A DNA stretch of 64,000 nt from Candidatus Zixiibacteriota bacterium (GCA_037441845.1 JBBIRK010000008.1:1-64000), one strand, 5' to 3'; shown: positions 47,152 to 58,018, counted from the stretch's first letter. Notes: a model not told the origin generated them from the sequence alone. A program made the numbers and translations.

Positions 47152-48192
47152 TCAGCGCTCTTTTTTTATCTCGACCCGGATTTCCCGGCGCCCGGTTGAA
47201 TCCGTGTTCACGACGATCCTGGCGTCGGTTATGCCGCGTTCGGCGAGCCGCTGTCTGATTTCTGCCTCCACTTCCCGGTCGGTTTTTCCCTCCGTTACGA
47301 TCCCGATTTCATCGGGACCGGCATCTTCGGTCTCGATCGCAATCGTCGAATCGGACGGGAGAATCACTTTGATCTGCCGCTTTTCCGCGGTCGAGTCAGT
47401 TGAATCGGCGATGTCGATATCGATATTGCGCAAACCCGCCTGATCGGTCGAAACATTTACGCCGGCGTTGGCGAACCCCTGCTGGCGCAATTTCGCTTCG
47501 ATTTCGGCTTCTATCTCGCTGTCGCTTTTGCCGGCAGCCTCGACCCGGATTTCCAGCAGCCTGTTTTTCGCCTGCGCGAAAAGAGTTCCTGAAACCCGGT
47601 TCATTATCGGCCTGATCGCAGCCTGGCCGATATCGCCTACCGATAAAGAATAGGCGGTGATCAACTCTAGCGCCGCCTTCCTCGATGGCAGCGGGCCGAT
47701 CACGATTCGAGATTTGACGTTGCCGGTTTCAGTCGTTATGTTGGTGCTCGAGTAACCCAGCCTTTCCAGCAATTCGGTCAATTTGGCAGGGCCGTCTTGA
47801 CTATCGGCGTCCAATCCCTCCAAAATCACCGAATGACCGATAAGCTGCGAATAGGGAAACGGCACAAGAGTGGCGATAAGCAGAACGACCGCAAAGGCCG
47901 CGGCCGCAAAACTCAAGCGCTTATGATTCATCGCCCGGATTTTTGCTTTTTCCATAAAACCATGCTCCTTTGGTTTGACAGCGGCCAAACGCGGCTTGAG
48001 CGATTCCCGTAATTCCGCAAACGGGACCACCGAAGGCTGCCTGGATCGTCTTTCATGCGCGAAAGATTCAGTGAGTATCGCATCGGCAAGGGCGATTTGG
48101 GCGCAATCCGGGCAAATGTCGAGATGCCGCTTGAGCTCTTCACTTTGAGGCTCGGATTCGTTCAGCAATTTCCTCGCTCGATAACAGTGCAT
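47152..48192 (-). CDS. Zinc-finger (ZAS) anti-sigma factor, membrane-anchored
   Basis: HLDICPDC (HxxxCxxC), single TM, overlaps the ECF gene; AGGAGG before ATG 48192. Confidence 0.8.
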   Translation of the reverse strand: MHCYRARKLLNESEPQSEELKRHLDICPDCAQIALADAILTESFAHERRSRQPSVVPFAELRESLKPRLAAVKPKEHGFMEKAKIRAMNHKRLSFAAAAFAVVLLIATLVPFPYSQLIGHSVILEGLDADSQDGPAKLTELLERLGYSSTNITTETGNVKSRIVIGPLPSRKAALELITAYSLSVGDIGQAAIRPIMNRVSGTLFAQAKNRLLEIRVEAAGKSDSEIEAEIEAKLRQQGFANAGVNVSTDQAGLRNIDIDIADSTDSTAEKRQIKVILPSDSTIAIETEDAGPDEIGIVTEGKTDREVEAEIRQRLAERGITDARIVVNTDSTGRREIRVEIKKER

Positions 48193-48721
48193 GGGCCGCC
48201 TCCTGGTTTTCTTTTTTTCCACTTGTTTCTAACGATTTCAATATCGCCTCACGCATTTTGCGGCGCGCTCGCATAAGGCGTGATTTGATCGAGCTTTGGG
48301 ATTTTCCGGATAATCGGGCCAGTTCATCGATCCTCCACCCCTCGATTTCGAAAAGCGTGATCAGCCATCGATCGTCCGGAGTCAACACCTTCATTCCTCT
48401 TTGAAGCCAGATTCTGGCGCTGACATCGGCGCCGAAATACTCATTTGGCCGATTGAAGTTTAGCACGCCATTTTCCTCGCGTTTCAGACGCGTCTTTTTT
48501 TGCCGGCACCGGCTTTTCTGAAGGTTCAAAATTATTCGATACAGCCAGGGGCGGAAAGAATCGTGGCTGCGAAGATTGGGGAAATTTTTCCAAGCGAGAA
48601 GCAATGCTTCATGGTATAGATCATCACCAGTGGCTTTGTCTTCGGAAATTCGGCGGCAGAATCTTGCTGCGGCTTCATGTTCCGTTTCGACACATTTCCA
48701 AAACAGTTCCGTATTATCCAC
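48140..48721 (-). CDS. ECF RNA polymerase sigma factor
   Basis: DDLYHEALLLAW, FRPWLYRI (region 2); IKSRLMRAR (region 4). Confidence 0.88.
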   Translation of the reverse strand: MDNTELFWKCVETEHEAAARFCRRISEDKATGDDLYHEALLLAWKNFPNLRSHDSFRPWLYRIILNLQKSRCRQKKTRLKREENGVLNFNRPNEYFGADVSARIWLQRGMKVLTPDDRWLITLFEIEGWRIDELARLSGKSQSSIKSRLMRARRKMREAILKSLETSGKKENQEAAHALLSSEEIAERIRASK

Positions 48722-48730
48722 ATACTTTAA

Positions 48731-48756
48731 GACGTTTTAGCCGGGATGTCGGTTGC
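48731..48756 (-). promoter_or_regulatory. ECF-type promoter, probably autoregulatory
   Basis: GCAACC-N16-CGTC on the minus strand, 9 nt before the GTG start. Confidence 0.6.
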
Positions 48757-48839
48757 AAGGCGTAAACATGCCGGGCGCGATTCTTGGCGGAATTTCGGCA
48801 AGCTTAAGAGAACAAATGCCCTCTACAAATGATAAGCGG

Positions 48840-49202
48840 CTAATTCGGCTGCGGAGCGCCGCGGAACATGAAATAGGCGGCGGCCACCAGACAGATTCCG
48901 GCATACAGATAATCCAGCTTGAACTCCTCTTTCATGTAATAAACCGAAAACGCCCCGAAAACGCACATGGTGATTATCTCCTGAATTACTTTCAATTGGC
49001 CGAGCGAATAATAGCGGCTTCCTATACGGTTGGCCGGCACCTGAAGACAATACTCGAAAAAGGCGATGCTCCAACTAAATAAAATCACCACCATAAGCGG
49101 TTTCCCTTTAAGGTCTTTCAGGTGCCCATACCAGGCGTAAGTCATGAAAATGTTGGAGCCGAGCAGCAATAGCACTGTTGAATAATTGCTGAGAAGAGAC
49201 AT
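48840..49202 (-). CDS. Small DMT-family protein (DUF486-like)
   Basis: SNIFMTYAWYGHLK, EYCLQVPANRIG, QLKVIQE. Confidence 0.88.
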   Translation of the reverse strand: MSLLSNYSTVLLLLGSNIFMTYAWYGHLKDLKGKPLMVVILFSWSIAFFEYCLQVPANRIGSRYYSLGQLKVIQEIITMCVFGAFSVYYMKEEFKLDYLYAGICLVAAAYFMFRGAPQPN

Positions 49203-49428
49203 GCGTTGTAAACCCCTTCCATCATCTTTGTTGCCAATTGATTACGATAACGACACGATTATTATCGGTCGATTCAGAACGTTCATCGGCAATGGCGGGC
49301 GATTCTGTTTCCCGCCGGTTCAATAAATCTTCGACATGCCGGATTAAGACTTCATTTCCGGCAAAATCTGACGAAAATTAAGAAAAGGATGTTCATTAGG
49401 GAAGCAACAGTAATTTAAGGAATAAGGT

Positions 49429-50292
49429 ATGCTCGTATTTGTCGGCGTGGCAGTAGTATTCGGGGCTGTGATCGGCGGATTCGTCTGGGAGGGCGGACAG
49501 CTTCTAGTGTTGTTTCAACCAGCCGAATTTCTGATAATCGGCGGAGCAGCCCTGGGTTCCATCTTGATTGCGCTGCCTCCGAAAATCGTCAAGTTGATGA
49601 TTGCCCAAATAATGAGGACATTCAAGTCGCCGCCGGGTAAACAATCCTATATAAATATCCTGGTCATGCTCTATGAAATTTTCCAGGCCGCCAGAAAAGA
49701 CGGATTGGTGGCTATGGAATCGCATATCGAACGGCCCCAAGAGAGCAAGATTCTGAAAAAATATCCCGAATTTCTCGCCAACCACCACCTGCTCGACTTT
49801 TTCGTCGACACCATGCGCCTCATCTTATCAGGCGGCGTGCCGGCGCACGATCTGGAAGCTTTGATCGATTCCGATCTCGATACTCACCACAAAGAAAACT
49901 CCAAGCCTCCGACCGCCCTATCCAAAGTCGGCGACTCATTGCCCGGGCTGGGAATCGTTGCGGCCGTGCTGGGAGTGGTGATAACCATGGGAGCTATCGG
50001 TGGTCCGCCGGAAACGATCGGACATAAGGTCGGTGCAGCGCTCGTCGGCACTTTTCTCGGGGTTCTGCTGTCTTATGGTTTCGTCCAGCCGCTGGCCTCG
50101 AATCTCGAACATATGAACGATGAACTTGCCCAGCATTATGTAGTGGTGAAACAGGCGCTTCTCGGTTTTCACAAAGGAATGGCTCCTTCGATCGCCGTTG
50201 AATTCGCCCGTCGCGCCATAACTTCCGATGTCCGGCCCGGTTTTATAGAGCTCGAAAACGCCTGTAAGGCAACCCGCGAAAAGGCGACTTAA
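49429..50292 (+). CDS. motA: Flagellar stator protein MotA
   Basis: QPAEFLIIGG, RKDGLVAME, PGLGIVAAVLG, GAALVGTFLG, AVEFARR. Confidence 0.92.
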   Translation: MLVFVGVAVVFGAVIGGFVWEGGQLLVLFQPAEFLIIGGAALGSILIALPPKIVKLMIAQIMRTFKSPPGKQSYINILVMLYEIFQAARKDGLVAMESHIERPQESKILKKYPEFLANHHLLDFFVDTMRLILSGGVPAHDLEALIDSDLDTHHKENSKPPTALSKVGDSLPGLGIVAAVLGVVITMGAIGGPPETIGHKVGAALVGTFLGVLLSYGFVQPLASNLEHMNDELAQHYVVVKQALLGFHKGMAPSIAVEFARRAITSDVRPGFIELENACKATREKAT

Positions 50293-50295
50293 AAT

Positions 50296-51168
50296 ATGCC
50301 CGAAACCGAAGAACAACAACCCATAATCATAATTAAGAAAAACAGCGGTCATGGCGGACATCACGGCGGCGCCTGGAAAGTCGCTTATGCCGATTTCGTA
50401 ACCGCCATGATGGCGTTTTTTCTGGTTATGTGGCTGGTCACCCAGAGTCAGGAAATTAAAGATAATGTGGCCGGATATTTCAATGACCCTGCGGGCTGGA
50501 GCAAAAAGGCCGGTTCTTCGATCCTAAAAGGTGGCGAGTCGATTCTCGACCTCAAAAACGTCCCAAAACCGGCCCCCGCAACCCCGGACGCCGCCCGCGA
50601 GGTGCTCAAGAGAGCCAGCGATAGAATAAGGGAGGCGCTCAGCAGGATCCCCGATTTCGCCTCGATAAAAGATTTAATCGAAATCGAGCTCACACCGGAA
50701 GGCCTTCGCATCCAATTGATCGAGGCGGCAACCTCCAGCGAAGATTCATCACATTTTTTCAATCTCGGCAGCGCCCAGCTTTCGTCCAAGGGGGTACAGA
50801 TAATATCGCTTATCGCGAAAGAACTAAGCCAACTCGATAATAAAATAGTTATCGAGGGACACACCGACAGCCGTCAATACGTCTATCAGAACAAATACTC
50901 TAATTGGGAATTATCGGCTGACCGGGCCAACAGTGCACGCCGCCTGATGGAATCGCAGGGGATCAAGCCCGAACAGATGTTCGAAATCAGGGGATACGCC
51001 GATCGGCTGCCGCGGTTCGAAAACAACCCGAAAGACGCCCGCAACCGTCGCATAGCCATACTCGTGCTCAACAACAACGCAAGGGGCAATGTCGATAGTA
51101 TCGATTTGCTGAAGGCCGGCGGGGAAAATCCCAAAATTAACGACAATCGGGTCGAGAGAATCCATTAG
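50296..51168 (+). CDS. motB: Flagellar stator protein MotB
   Basis: GGAWKVAYADFVTAMMAFF, EGHTD, NWELSADRA, NRR (OmpA-like domain). Confidence 0.92.
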   Translation: MPETEEQQPIIIIKKNSGHGGHHGGAWKVAYADFVTAMMAFFLVMWLVTQSQEIKDNVAGYFNDPAGWSKKAGSSILKGGESILDLKNVPKPAPATPDAAREVLKRASDRIREALSRIPDFASIKDLIEIELTPEGLRIQLIEAATSSEDSSHFFNLGSAQLSSKGVQIISLIAKELSQLDNKIVIEGHTDSRQYVYQNKYSNWELSADRANSARRLMESQGIKPEQMFEIRGYADRLPRFENNPKDARNRRIAILVLNNNARGNVDSIDLLKAGGENPKINDNRVERIH

Positions 51169-51336
51169 GCGCAACGAGCCGGGCTACGAAGCCGCATAAT
51201 AAATCGAAAAACAATTCTCAATGTCCTCACGATCGACAAAAAGGCCAAAACAGTTGACCTTGACCTGGCAACCAGCTAAACTCCCGATGTGACGACGATG
51301 ACAAAATAGGAATGGTGATCCGGGCAGGGGGAAAAC

Positions 51337-52182
51337 GTGAAATATTCGGCACTCGACAAGATAAACTCTTTTTTGAACATCTACTATCGAATGTTCGGAA
51401 ACATATTGCGTTTCTCCGCTTGGTCTCCGTTTTTGATCCCCGCCATATTTCAGACCATAGGGTTGCTTCTGTTGATAGACTACGGCCGGCCTGTTTCGGG
51501 GACCTTTATCTATCCTCTATTGAAAACGTTGCTGCCTGCGGCAGCCCTGCATTATCCGAATTATTACCTCGCCTTGCCGCTGGTATTTGCCGCGTATGAC
51601 GATTGGCTGCTGGGGCCATCGTTCTGGTTGATAGCTATCGGCGCGGTAACGATCTCTGTCGGGGCGATATACTATAAACGAAAAATCGGTCTTAGTGAGG
51701 CTGTCAAGACGGCCGCAGGCCGCTATGGCCTATTGCTTGGATTCTGGATAATTCAAATGATTCTAATGACTATCTTCGTTCATCTGCCCACCCGCTGGAT
51801 TATGGTAACCCTTACCGGTTATTTTCTGCGCACTTTGGCGGCCAGAATCGTATTGCAGGGAGTCGGTTTCGTCATCTCGGCTTTTATGCTCTACACTATC
51901 GCCTCAATCCTTCTCGACGATAACGGACTGTTCAAATCTCTAAAAATCAGCGCCAAATTATGGCGGAGCAATATCCTTTTTACCTTTTTTCTGGTTGCGC
52001 TGCCCGGCTCCGTCAAATTGATCCTGGATATTCTAACCTCCTCGTTCGCGCCCAACATTATCGACCGCGGAAATCCTGAATTGATAATCTGGCTGTTGTT
52101 CATGAAAATCGTTTTGGGCGTATTCCTCGGCTTGTTTCAATACGGCGCGGCGGTCTATGCCTATAAAGAAATCGGCCGCTGA
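51337..52182 (+). CDS. Hypothetical multi-pass membrane protein
   Basis: 281 aa with about 6 hydrophobic segments. Confidence 0.65.
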   Translation: MKYSALDKINSFLNIYYRMFGNILRFSAWSPFLIPAIFQTIGLLLLIDYGRPVSGTFIYPLLKTLLPAAALHYPNYYLALPLVFAAYDDWLLGPSFWLIAIGAVTISVGAIYYKRKIGLSEAVKTAAGRYGLLLGFWIIQMILMTIFVHLPTRWIMVTLTGYFLRTLAARIVLQGVGFVISAFMLYTIASILLDDNGLFKSLKISAKLWRSNILFTFFLVALPGSVKLILDILTSSFAPNIIDRGNPELIIWLLFMKIVLGVFLGLFQYGAAVYAYKEIGR

Positions 52183-52228
52183 CCGGCTCGGCATACTTCG
52201 GACCGGGCACCGCTGCTGGGCATAAGAC

Positions 52229-52906
52229 TCAAGATCGATCGGACTGGCCGTCCACGGGGCCATGCCGGGCGATAATCCCCTCGACCATGTAAATCACGTC
52301 CTCGGCGATATTAGTGCTGTGATCGGCGATCCGCTCGATATAACGCGATATCGACAGAACCTGTATCAGAAATTCGAGCTTGCCTACGTCTCGGCGGATT
52401 TCGTTTTCGATTTTCTCGAAAAGCCGGCTGTGTCTACTGTCGACGATATCATCGCAGCGACACACCTCGCGCGCCAGCCCCGAATCGAGATTGATAAGCG
52501 CATCCAGGCTCTTCCGCAACATCAGCTGGGCTTGACCGGCCATAAAAGGGATATCGTCCGGAACCTGCATCCTGGGGCGTTCGCACAAAAACAGCGAACG
52601 CTCGGCTATATTGACGGCAAAATCCCCGATCCGCTCGAGATCGTTGTTGATTTTCAGCACCGCGATTATGAAACGCAGATCGATCGCCACCGGCTGATGC
52701 AAGGCCAAAATTTTCAGGCCGTCTTCTTCGAGATCTATCTCCATCCTATCGATTTCTTTATCGAGCTCGATGGCCTTCTTGGCCATCAACGGGTCGCGCT
52801 CCTCAAGCGAACGAACCGCCCGTTGCACGTTTTCCTCGACGACCGTGCCGAGGTGAAGAATTTTCTTTTTCAGATTGTCGATTTCCCGTCGCAGATGCTG
52901 CGGCAT
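52229..52906 (-). CDS. phoU: Phosphate signalling protein PhoU
   Basis: QPVAIDLR, DLERIGD, DDIVD, ERIADHSTNIAE. Confidence 0.95.
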   Translation of the reverse strand: MPQHLRREIDNLKKKILHLGTVVEENVQRAVRSLEERDPLMAKKAIELDKEIDRMEIDLEEDGLKILALHQPVAIDLRFIIAVLKINNDLERIGDFAVNIAERSLFLCERPRMQVPDDIPFMAGQAQLMLRKSLDALINLDSGLAREVCRCDDIVDSRHSRLFEKIENEIRRDVGKLEFLIQVLSISRYIERIADHSTNIAEDVIYMVEGIIARHGPVDGQSDRS

Positions 52907-52922
52907 GCGTCGTCCTTTCCCG

Positions 52923-53777
52923 TCAACCGAATCGCCCGGTGATATAATCCTCGGTTTGCCTGAGCGCGGGTTTGGTGAACAGCATCCGGGTTGAATTCGC
53001 CTCGATCAAACGGCCCTCGTAGAAAAAGGCGGTATAATCGGAAATTCGGGCGGCTTGCTGCATGTTGTGGGTGACGATCACGATCGTGTAATTTTTTTTC
53101 AATTCGCCGATTAAGTCTTCTATTTTAGCCGTCGATATCGGATCGAGCGCCGATGCCGGCTCGTCCATCAACAACACCTCCGGCTGCACCGCCAGAGCCC
53201 TGGCGATACACAGCCTTTGCTGCTGCCCTCCTGAAAGGGTAAGCGCGCTCATGTTCAATTTGCCTTTCACCTCGTCCCACAAATACGCTTTTTTAAGCGC
53301 CTTCTCGACGGCTTCCCTGATTATATTCTTGTCGGTGATTCCATTGACTTTCAACCCGAAAGCCACATTATCATAGATGGATTTAGGGAAGGGATTGGAT
53401 TTCTGAAACACCATGCCGACTCTGGTGCGCAGTGTCGAGACGTCTTTTATTTCGCGATAAACATCTATATTGTCGAGCTTGATTTCGCCTTTAATCCGCG
53501 TGCCGGGGAACGTTTCATTCATCCTGTTAAGCGTTCTCAGGAAAGTCGATTTGCCGCATCCCGACGGCCCGATCAGAGCCATGACTCGATTTACGGGTAT
53601 ATCGAGCGATATGCCGAACAACGCCTGATTCTCACCATAATAGAAATCGAGATTCCGGACCGTGATTTTGAATTTTTCGGGGGCCTTTTCTTTGCCGGTA
53701 TCGACAAACGAGGTTTCGGTGAAAAAAGACCGGGTCGGCACATGGCTGTTTTGGCGCGTGGCTTGATTTTCAGACAT
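52923..53777 (-). CDS. pstB: Phosphate ABC transporter ATPase
   Basis: [33 protein letters not shown]. Confidence 0.95.
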   Translation of the reverse strand: MSENQATRQNSHVPTRSFFTETSFVDTGKEKAPEKFKITVRNLDFYYGENQALFGISLDIPVNRVMALIGPSGCGKSTFLRTLNRMNETFPGTRIKGEIKLDNIDVYREIKDVSTLRTRVGMVFQKSNPFPKSIYDNVAFGLKVNGITDKNIIREAVEKALKKAYLWDEVKGKLNMSALTLSGGQQQRLCIARALAVQPEVLLMDEPASALDPISTAKIEDLIGELKKNYTIVIVTHNMQQAARISDYTAFFYEGRLIEANSTRMLFTKPALRQTEDYITGRFG

Positions 53778-54717
53778 TCGTCCGCCTGCTCCTTATTCTG
53801 GCCCGGATAAAAATGGCGGTGAAATTCAACATGAAAGTCAGCATCAATAAAACCAGCACCGTCCCGAACAATATCGGCTTCGTTTTCTCGATATCCGGAG
53901 ATTGTGTGGCCATGACATAGATATGATAACCGAGTTCCATGAATTGATGGTTCAACTTCGTGGGCAGGTATGGAAGATAATACGCGGCGCCGGTGAACAT
54001 GATCGGGGCCACCTCGCCGGCCCCGCGACTGATCGCCAAAATACCTCCGGTAAGAATTCCGGGCATCGCCTGTGGCAGTATTACCCTGGTGATTGTCTGC
54101 AGCCGCGACGCACCCAGCGCATAACTTGCATCCTTCATTTCTTTGGGTATCGACCTTAACGCTTCCTCGGTGGAAACTATCACAACCGGCAAAGTGAGCA
54201 GCGAAAGGGTCAGGGCCGCCCAGATAATCGCCGGCTGGCCCCAGACCGGGCGGCCGCCGTCGGTGACCAAGCGATCGAGTCCGGTCCCGATAAACCCGAC
54301 GAAAAAGCCGAGTCCGAAAAGTCCGAAAACGATCGAGGGCACGCCGGCAAGGTTGTTTATGGCGATTCTAATAAGACGGGCAACGCGCGAATCGGCGCGG
54401 GTGAATTCGCTTAAATAAACCGCGGTCAAGACCCCCACGGGCACCACGAAAATAATCATCAAAATCACCAGAAACACCGTGCCGAATATAGCCGGAAATA
54501 TGCCGCCTTCTTCCATCCCGTTCTCGGGCGGGTTGCTCAAAAACTCCCAGCTCAAAACACCGATACCGCCGATTCCGATACTGACCATCAGAATCAAAAG
54601 CATCGAAATGATTATCCCCACCGCAAGCAACATCAAAGCGCGCGGTATTTTACCCGTCCCCCTCTTGACATATCCTAAATCAACACGATCGGTTGAGCTT
54701 ATGAGCCCTTGATTCAT
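53770..54717 (-). CDS. pstA: Phosphate ABC transporter permease
   Basis: [31 protein letters not shown]. Confidence 0.93.
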   Translation of the reverse strand: MNQGLISSTDRVDLGYVKRGTGKIPRALMLLAVGIIISMLLILMVSIGIGGIGVLSWEFLSNPPENGMEEGGIFPAIFGTVFLVILMIIFVVPVGVLTAVYLSEFTRADSRVARLIRIAINNLAGVPSIVFGLFGLGFFVGFIGTGLDRLVTDGGRPVWGQPAIIWAALTLSLLTLPVVIVSTEEALRSIPKEMKDASYALGASRLQTITRVILPQAMPGILTGGILAISRGAGEVAPIMFTGAAYYLPYLPTKLNHQFMELGYHIYVMATQSPDIEKTKPILFGTVLVLLMLTFMLNFTAIFIRARIRSRRTNV

Positions 54718-55673
54718 TTCGTGTTTCCTTGGATTTTCATCTTAAGCCGCGCCAAAATCAAATCGCCCCCCAGGTTTACCACGAAAGTGAATATGAAAAG
54801 TAGCGTGCCGATTAAAAAGAGAACATTGTAATGAGCGCTTCCGAATACCACTTCAGCCAACTCGGCCGCTATCGTGGCGGAAAAGGTTCGTATAGATACT
54901 AACGGATCTATCGAGATTATTGCGGCGTTTCCGGAGGCCATCAGCACGATCATGGTTTCGCCGATCGCCCGGCCGAATCCGAGCACGACGCCGGCGGCAA
55001 TCCCGGGCAGTGCGGCCGGGAAAACGGTCATGGTGGAAACCTGCCATGAATTGGCGCCCAAGGCCATGGCGGCATCGCGCAACGATTGCGGCACCGCGGT
55101 CATGGCGTCCTCGGCGATCGTGAAAATGATCGGAATCACGGCCAGACCCAGGGCGATCCCCGCGTTAACCGCATTAAGCCGAAACGTCCAACCGAAAACA
55201 TTCTGCAAAAAAGTCGCCAGCAATATCAAAGCGAAAAAGCCGAGCACGACCGAGGGGATTCCCGCCAGGATTTCGATGGCGGGTTTGATCATTTCGCGGG
55301 TTCTTTTCGAGGTGAATTCCGAGCTGTATATGGCGGCGCCTATGGCAAGCGGAGCCGCGAACAACATGGCGATCACCGCGGCCTTGATCGTCCCGAGAAA
55401 AAGCGGCAAAAGCGAATACTTGGGGACTTCCGAATTCGGCTGCCAGGACCATTTCGGTTTCTGCCCCTCATAATACTGCTGCTTGAAAAGCATTTTCGAA
55501 AAGGCCGCCTCTTTCTGAACCTCGGCGTCGGTGAATATCGGCAAGGCCTCTTTGAAAATAAAAATGAATATCAGCAAAATGCCGATCAGGGCGAGGAATG
55601 CGTTAAGCGAAATGAACCCTTCGCCGAATGCCTCCCAAAACTTTGACTTTGGTTTGAATTTAAGTTCGGGCAT
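54714..55673 (-). CDS. pstC: Phosphate ABC transporter permease
   Basis: LAGIPSVVLG, RAIGETMIVLM. Confidence 0.93.
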   Translation of the reverse strand: MPELKFKPKSKFWEAFGEGFISLNAFLALIGILLIFIFIFKEALPIFTDAEVQKEAAFSKMLFKQQYYEGQKPKWSWQPNSEVPKYSLLPLFLGTIKAAVIAMLFAAPLAIGAAIYSSEFTSKRTREMIKPAIEILAGIPSVVLGFFALILLATFLQNVFGWTFRLNAVNAGIALGLAVIPIIFTIAEDAMTAVPQSLRDAAMALGANSWQVSTMTVFPAALPGIAAGVVLGFGRAIGETMIVLMASGNAAIISIDPLVSIRTFSATIAAELAEVVFGSAHYNVLFLIGTLLFIFTFVVNLGGDLILARLKMKIQGNTK

Positions 55674-55827
55674 TTCGAAATAGTGATTATGGCATTAAAA
55701 AGATCAAGAGCTGCCGTTTGACGCTGTCGAAAGTCGTCATTTTATCCTATTACACTGGAACATATCGCCAAGAGCCGAGGGGGAGAAAAGCCGGGGGAAT
55801 GCCCCGCCTTTCGTTTCACGGCCAATC

Positions 55828-56673
55828 CTATTCGACCATATTTTTAAGAGCCACTGCTTTCGGCAAGGGGATATAATCGACTTTTTCAGCGATCGCCTGC
55901 CCCTCAGGCGACAGCGCCCAGTTCACCAACGCCTTCAAATCGCCGGTCGGCTTGCCGTTGAAAAACCAATACAGCTCACGGGAAATCGGATAAGTGCCGT
56001 TGGTGATCGTCTCGATCGAGGGCACGACCGCAGGCGATTGCGGATCTTTCTTGATCGCCACATGCTTGACGCCCTTTTCCCAGGCGATCCCTCCATAGCC
56101 GATTCCATACTTATCCTTGCTTACGGCGTTGACGACAGCGGCGGTTCCGGGAAGCGTCTGCGTCTGTTCGGCGTAATCTTCATCCTGAAGAACGTGCTCT
56201 TTGAAATAGGCATAGGTGCCGGAATTGTTTTCCCTGCCGTAGAGCATGATCTTCTTGTCGGGACCGCCGAGCTCTTTCCAATTGGTGATAGTTCCGTTGA
56301 AAATCCCTTTCAACTGTTGCAGCGTGAGCTCCGCGATCGGGTTCTCGTTGTGAACGAACACCGCGATCCCGTCGAGAGCGACCGCAACCCTATAAGTATT
56401 CACCTTTTTCTGGGCGGCCAGATCGTATTCCGCCTTTTTCATATCCCGCGATGCCTGGCAGATGTCGGTGGTGCCGTTTATCAGCGCCGCGATACCCGTG
56501 CCCGAACCGCCTCCGGACACCTGAATCGATACTCCCCGGTTGTTTTTCATGTACTCCTCGGCCCAGCGCTGGCCCAGCCTCACCAGGGTATCCGACCCTT
56601 TGATGGTGATATTGCCGGCGACGGCGGTTGTGCAAAAAGCGAGAACCAATAGAGAAACGATCACTCTCTTCAA
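55828..56673 (-). CDS. pstS: Phosphate-binding protein
   Basis: Signal peptide, KGSDT, GGGSGTG, RENNSGT, YPISR. Confidence 0.92.
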   Translation of the reverse strand: MKRVIVSLLVLAFCTTAVAGNITIKGSDTLVRLGQRWAEEYMKNNRGVSIQVSGGGSGTGIAALINGTTDICQASRDMKKAEYDLAAQKKVNTYRVAVALDGIAVFVHNENPIAELTLQQLKGIFNGTITNWKELGGPDKKIMLYGRENNSGTYAYFKEHVLQDEDYAEQTQTLPGTAAVVNAVSKDKYGIGYGGIAWEKGVKHVAIKKDPQSPAVVPSIETITNGTYPISRELYWFFNGKPTGDLKALVNWALSPEGQAIAEKVDYIPLPKAVALKNMVE

Positions 56674-56695
56674 TGCTTCCTCCTGGTTTTAGGTT

Positions 56696-57820
56696 TTAGA
56701 ATTTAAACTCCGTATTAAGGTATATATATTTATCGGGATCAATTGCATCGTTTTGGGAGCTGGTTTGACGGTAATTCAAAGCCGCCTTTACCCCCTTAAC
56801 CGGTGTGCATTCAAGGCCTGCGTAAAGGTAGTTGTAGCCGTCTTCGTCGACCTCGGTGTTAGGATCATAAATGTCATAACGAGCGAAAACCCCCAACGTC
56901 TTGAACAGCGCCGCCTCCGGCAAAACCTTGTTCAGGTAGATATCGATCCAGGCGGATATGGCGTTGCTCTTGATATCTTCATTGCCCGCCCCGGCTCCAT
57001 AAGTCCGGAAATTGGCATCGAAACAGATATCGAACATATCGCGGTAGCCGACCCTTCCGCCCGCTGACAAGATGTTATGCTTGTAGTCGGCCGCATCCTC
57101 ATCGGAGGCGATTGCTCGGTTCTGAGTGCCCATATAATACTGCAGAATCAGCGCCAACATCGACCAATCTTTGTTGTCCGAAATCGGTGTGAATTTGGCG
57201 AATAGGTTGATGTCCTTGTTCTTGTTTTTTTCGGTGACATCGCTGTATTTGGTGCCGTTCAGAATTGACAATCCTGCCGCGCCGAGTTTGCCCTTTTCCC
57301 CGAGATTCAACATCGCCGATGCGCCCAGGTCGGCCGTGGACAGCCAGCCCAAGAAATCAACCACATTGCGCTCTACATAGCGCCGCATCCACAATTCATC
57401 GGCGAAATAGAGGTACATCGTCGGCTGCAAACCGATCCTTAAAGTCAGCAAGTCTTCGATCGGCTTTACTTTCCAACTGCCATAGGCGTATTTCAACATG
57501 AACGGATATCCCTTGGAGACCTCCTGCGAAGGGATAACCACCGAATCGCCGTCACTATCTATCACCACTGTCGACGGGGTCTTGAAAAGGTCCGGCTTGA
57601 TATCGGCGGTAATCTGAACGCTGGTGTAATCCGAGAATTTCGAAATAGCGGTGATATATGTCCTGCCGATCCCGAAACGGTTGTAGCTGTCGGCTCCTTC
57701 CGATAAATCCATCATCCACTCGGCATAGACGGTTCCCTTTAACGACGTCTCGGCCGCCGAAGCCCCGGCAAAAAACACCGCAATCGCCAATAAAACAGCT
57801 GCTTTAATCCGTAAATTCAT
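56696..57820 (-). CDS. Outer-membrane beta-barrel, probable phosphate porin
   Basis: Signal peptide, amphipathic strands, C-terminal Phe (TEFKF), first gene of the pst operon. Confidence 0.7.
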   Translation of the reverse strand: MNLRIKAAVLLAIAVFFAGASAAETSLKGTVYAEWMMDLSEGADSYNRFGIGRTYITAISKFSDYTSVQITADIKPDLFKTPSTVVIDSDGDSVVIPSQEVSKGYPFMLKYAYGSWKVKPIEDLLTLRIGLQPTMYLYFADELWMRRYVERNVVDFLGWLSTADLGASAMLNLGEKGKLGAAGLSILNGTKYSDVTEKNKNKDINLFAKFTPISDNKDWSMLALILQYYMGTQNRAIASDEDAADYKHNILSAGGRVGYRDMFDICFDANFRTYGAGAGNEDIKSNAISAWIDIYLNKVLPEAALFKTLGVFARYDIYDPNTEVDEDGYNYLYAGLECTPVKGVKAALNYRQTSSQNDAIDPDKYIYLNTEFKF

Positions 57821-57913
57821 TTGTTTTCCTCTCTTAAATTTTCTTGATTTTCGTGTCGTTCGTTATCATCTCCGTCGCTTAGTATCATCGATACTCTCAT
57901 CACCACCTTTCCA

Positions 57914-57955
57914 ATAATACCTTTGAATGTTTGGATTCTGTTAGGCAAGCGTTAG
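57914..57955 (-). promoter_or_regulatory. Putative Pho box plus -10 element
   Basis: Minus-strand CTAAC/CTAAC/CAAAC at 11-bp period (57951, 57940, 57929), then TATTAT. Confidence 0.55.
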
Positions 57956-58018
57956 AATATCTTTTCCAATTATTAGTATCATTTAATGTTTCGCGGGCGC
58001 CTGGATAACCCCCGTCTC

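Noticed and set aside
49429..51168. Zorya (ZorAB) anti-phage system
   Set aside because: MotA is normal length with flagellar-type motifs and no long ZorA tail; there are no zorC/D/E-like neighbours
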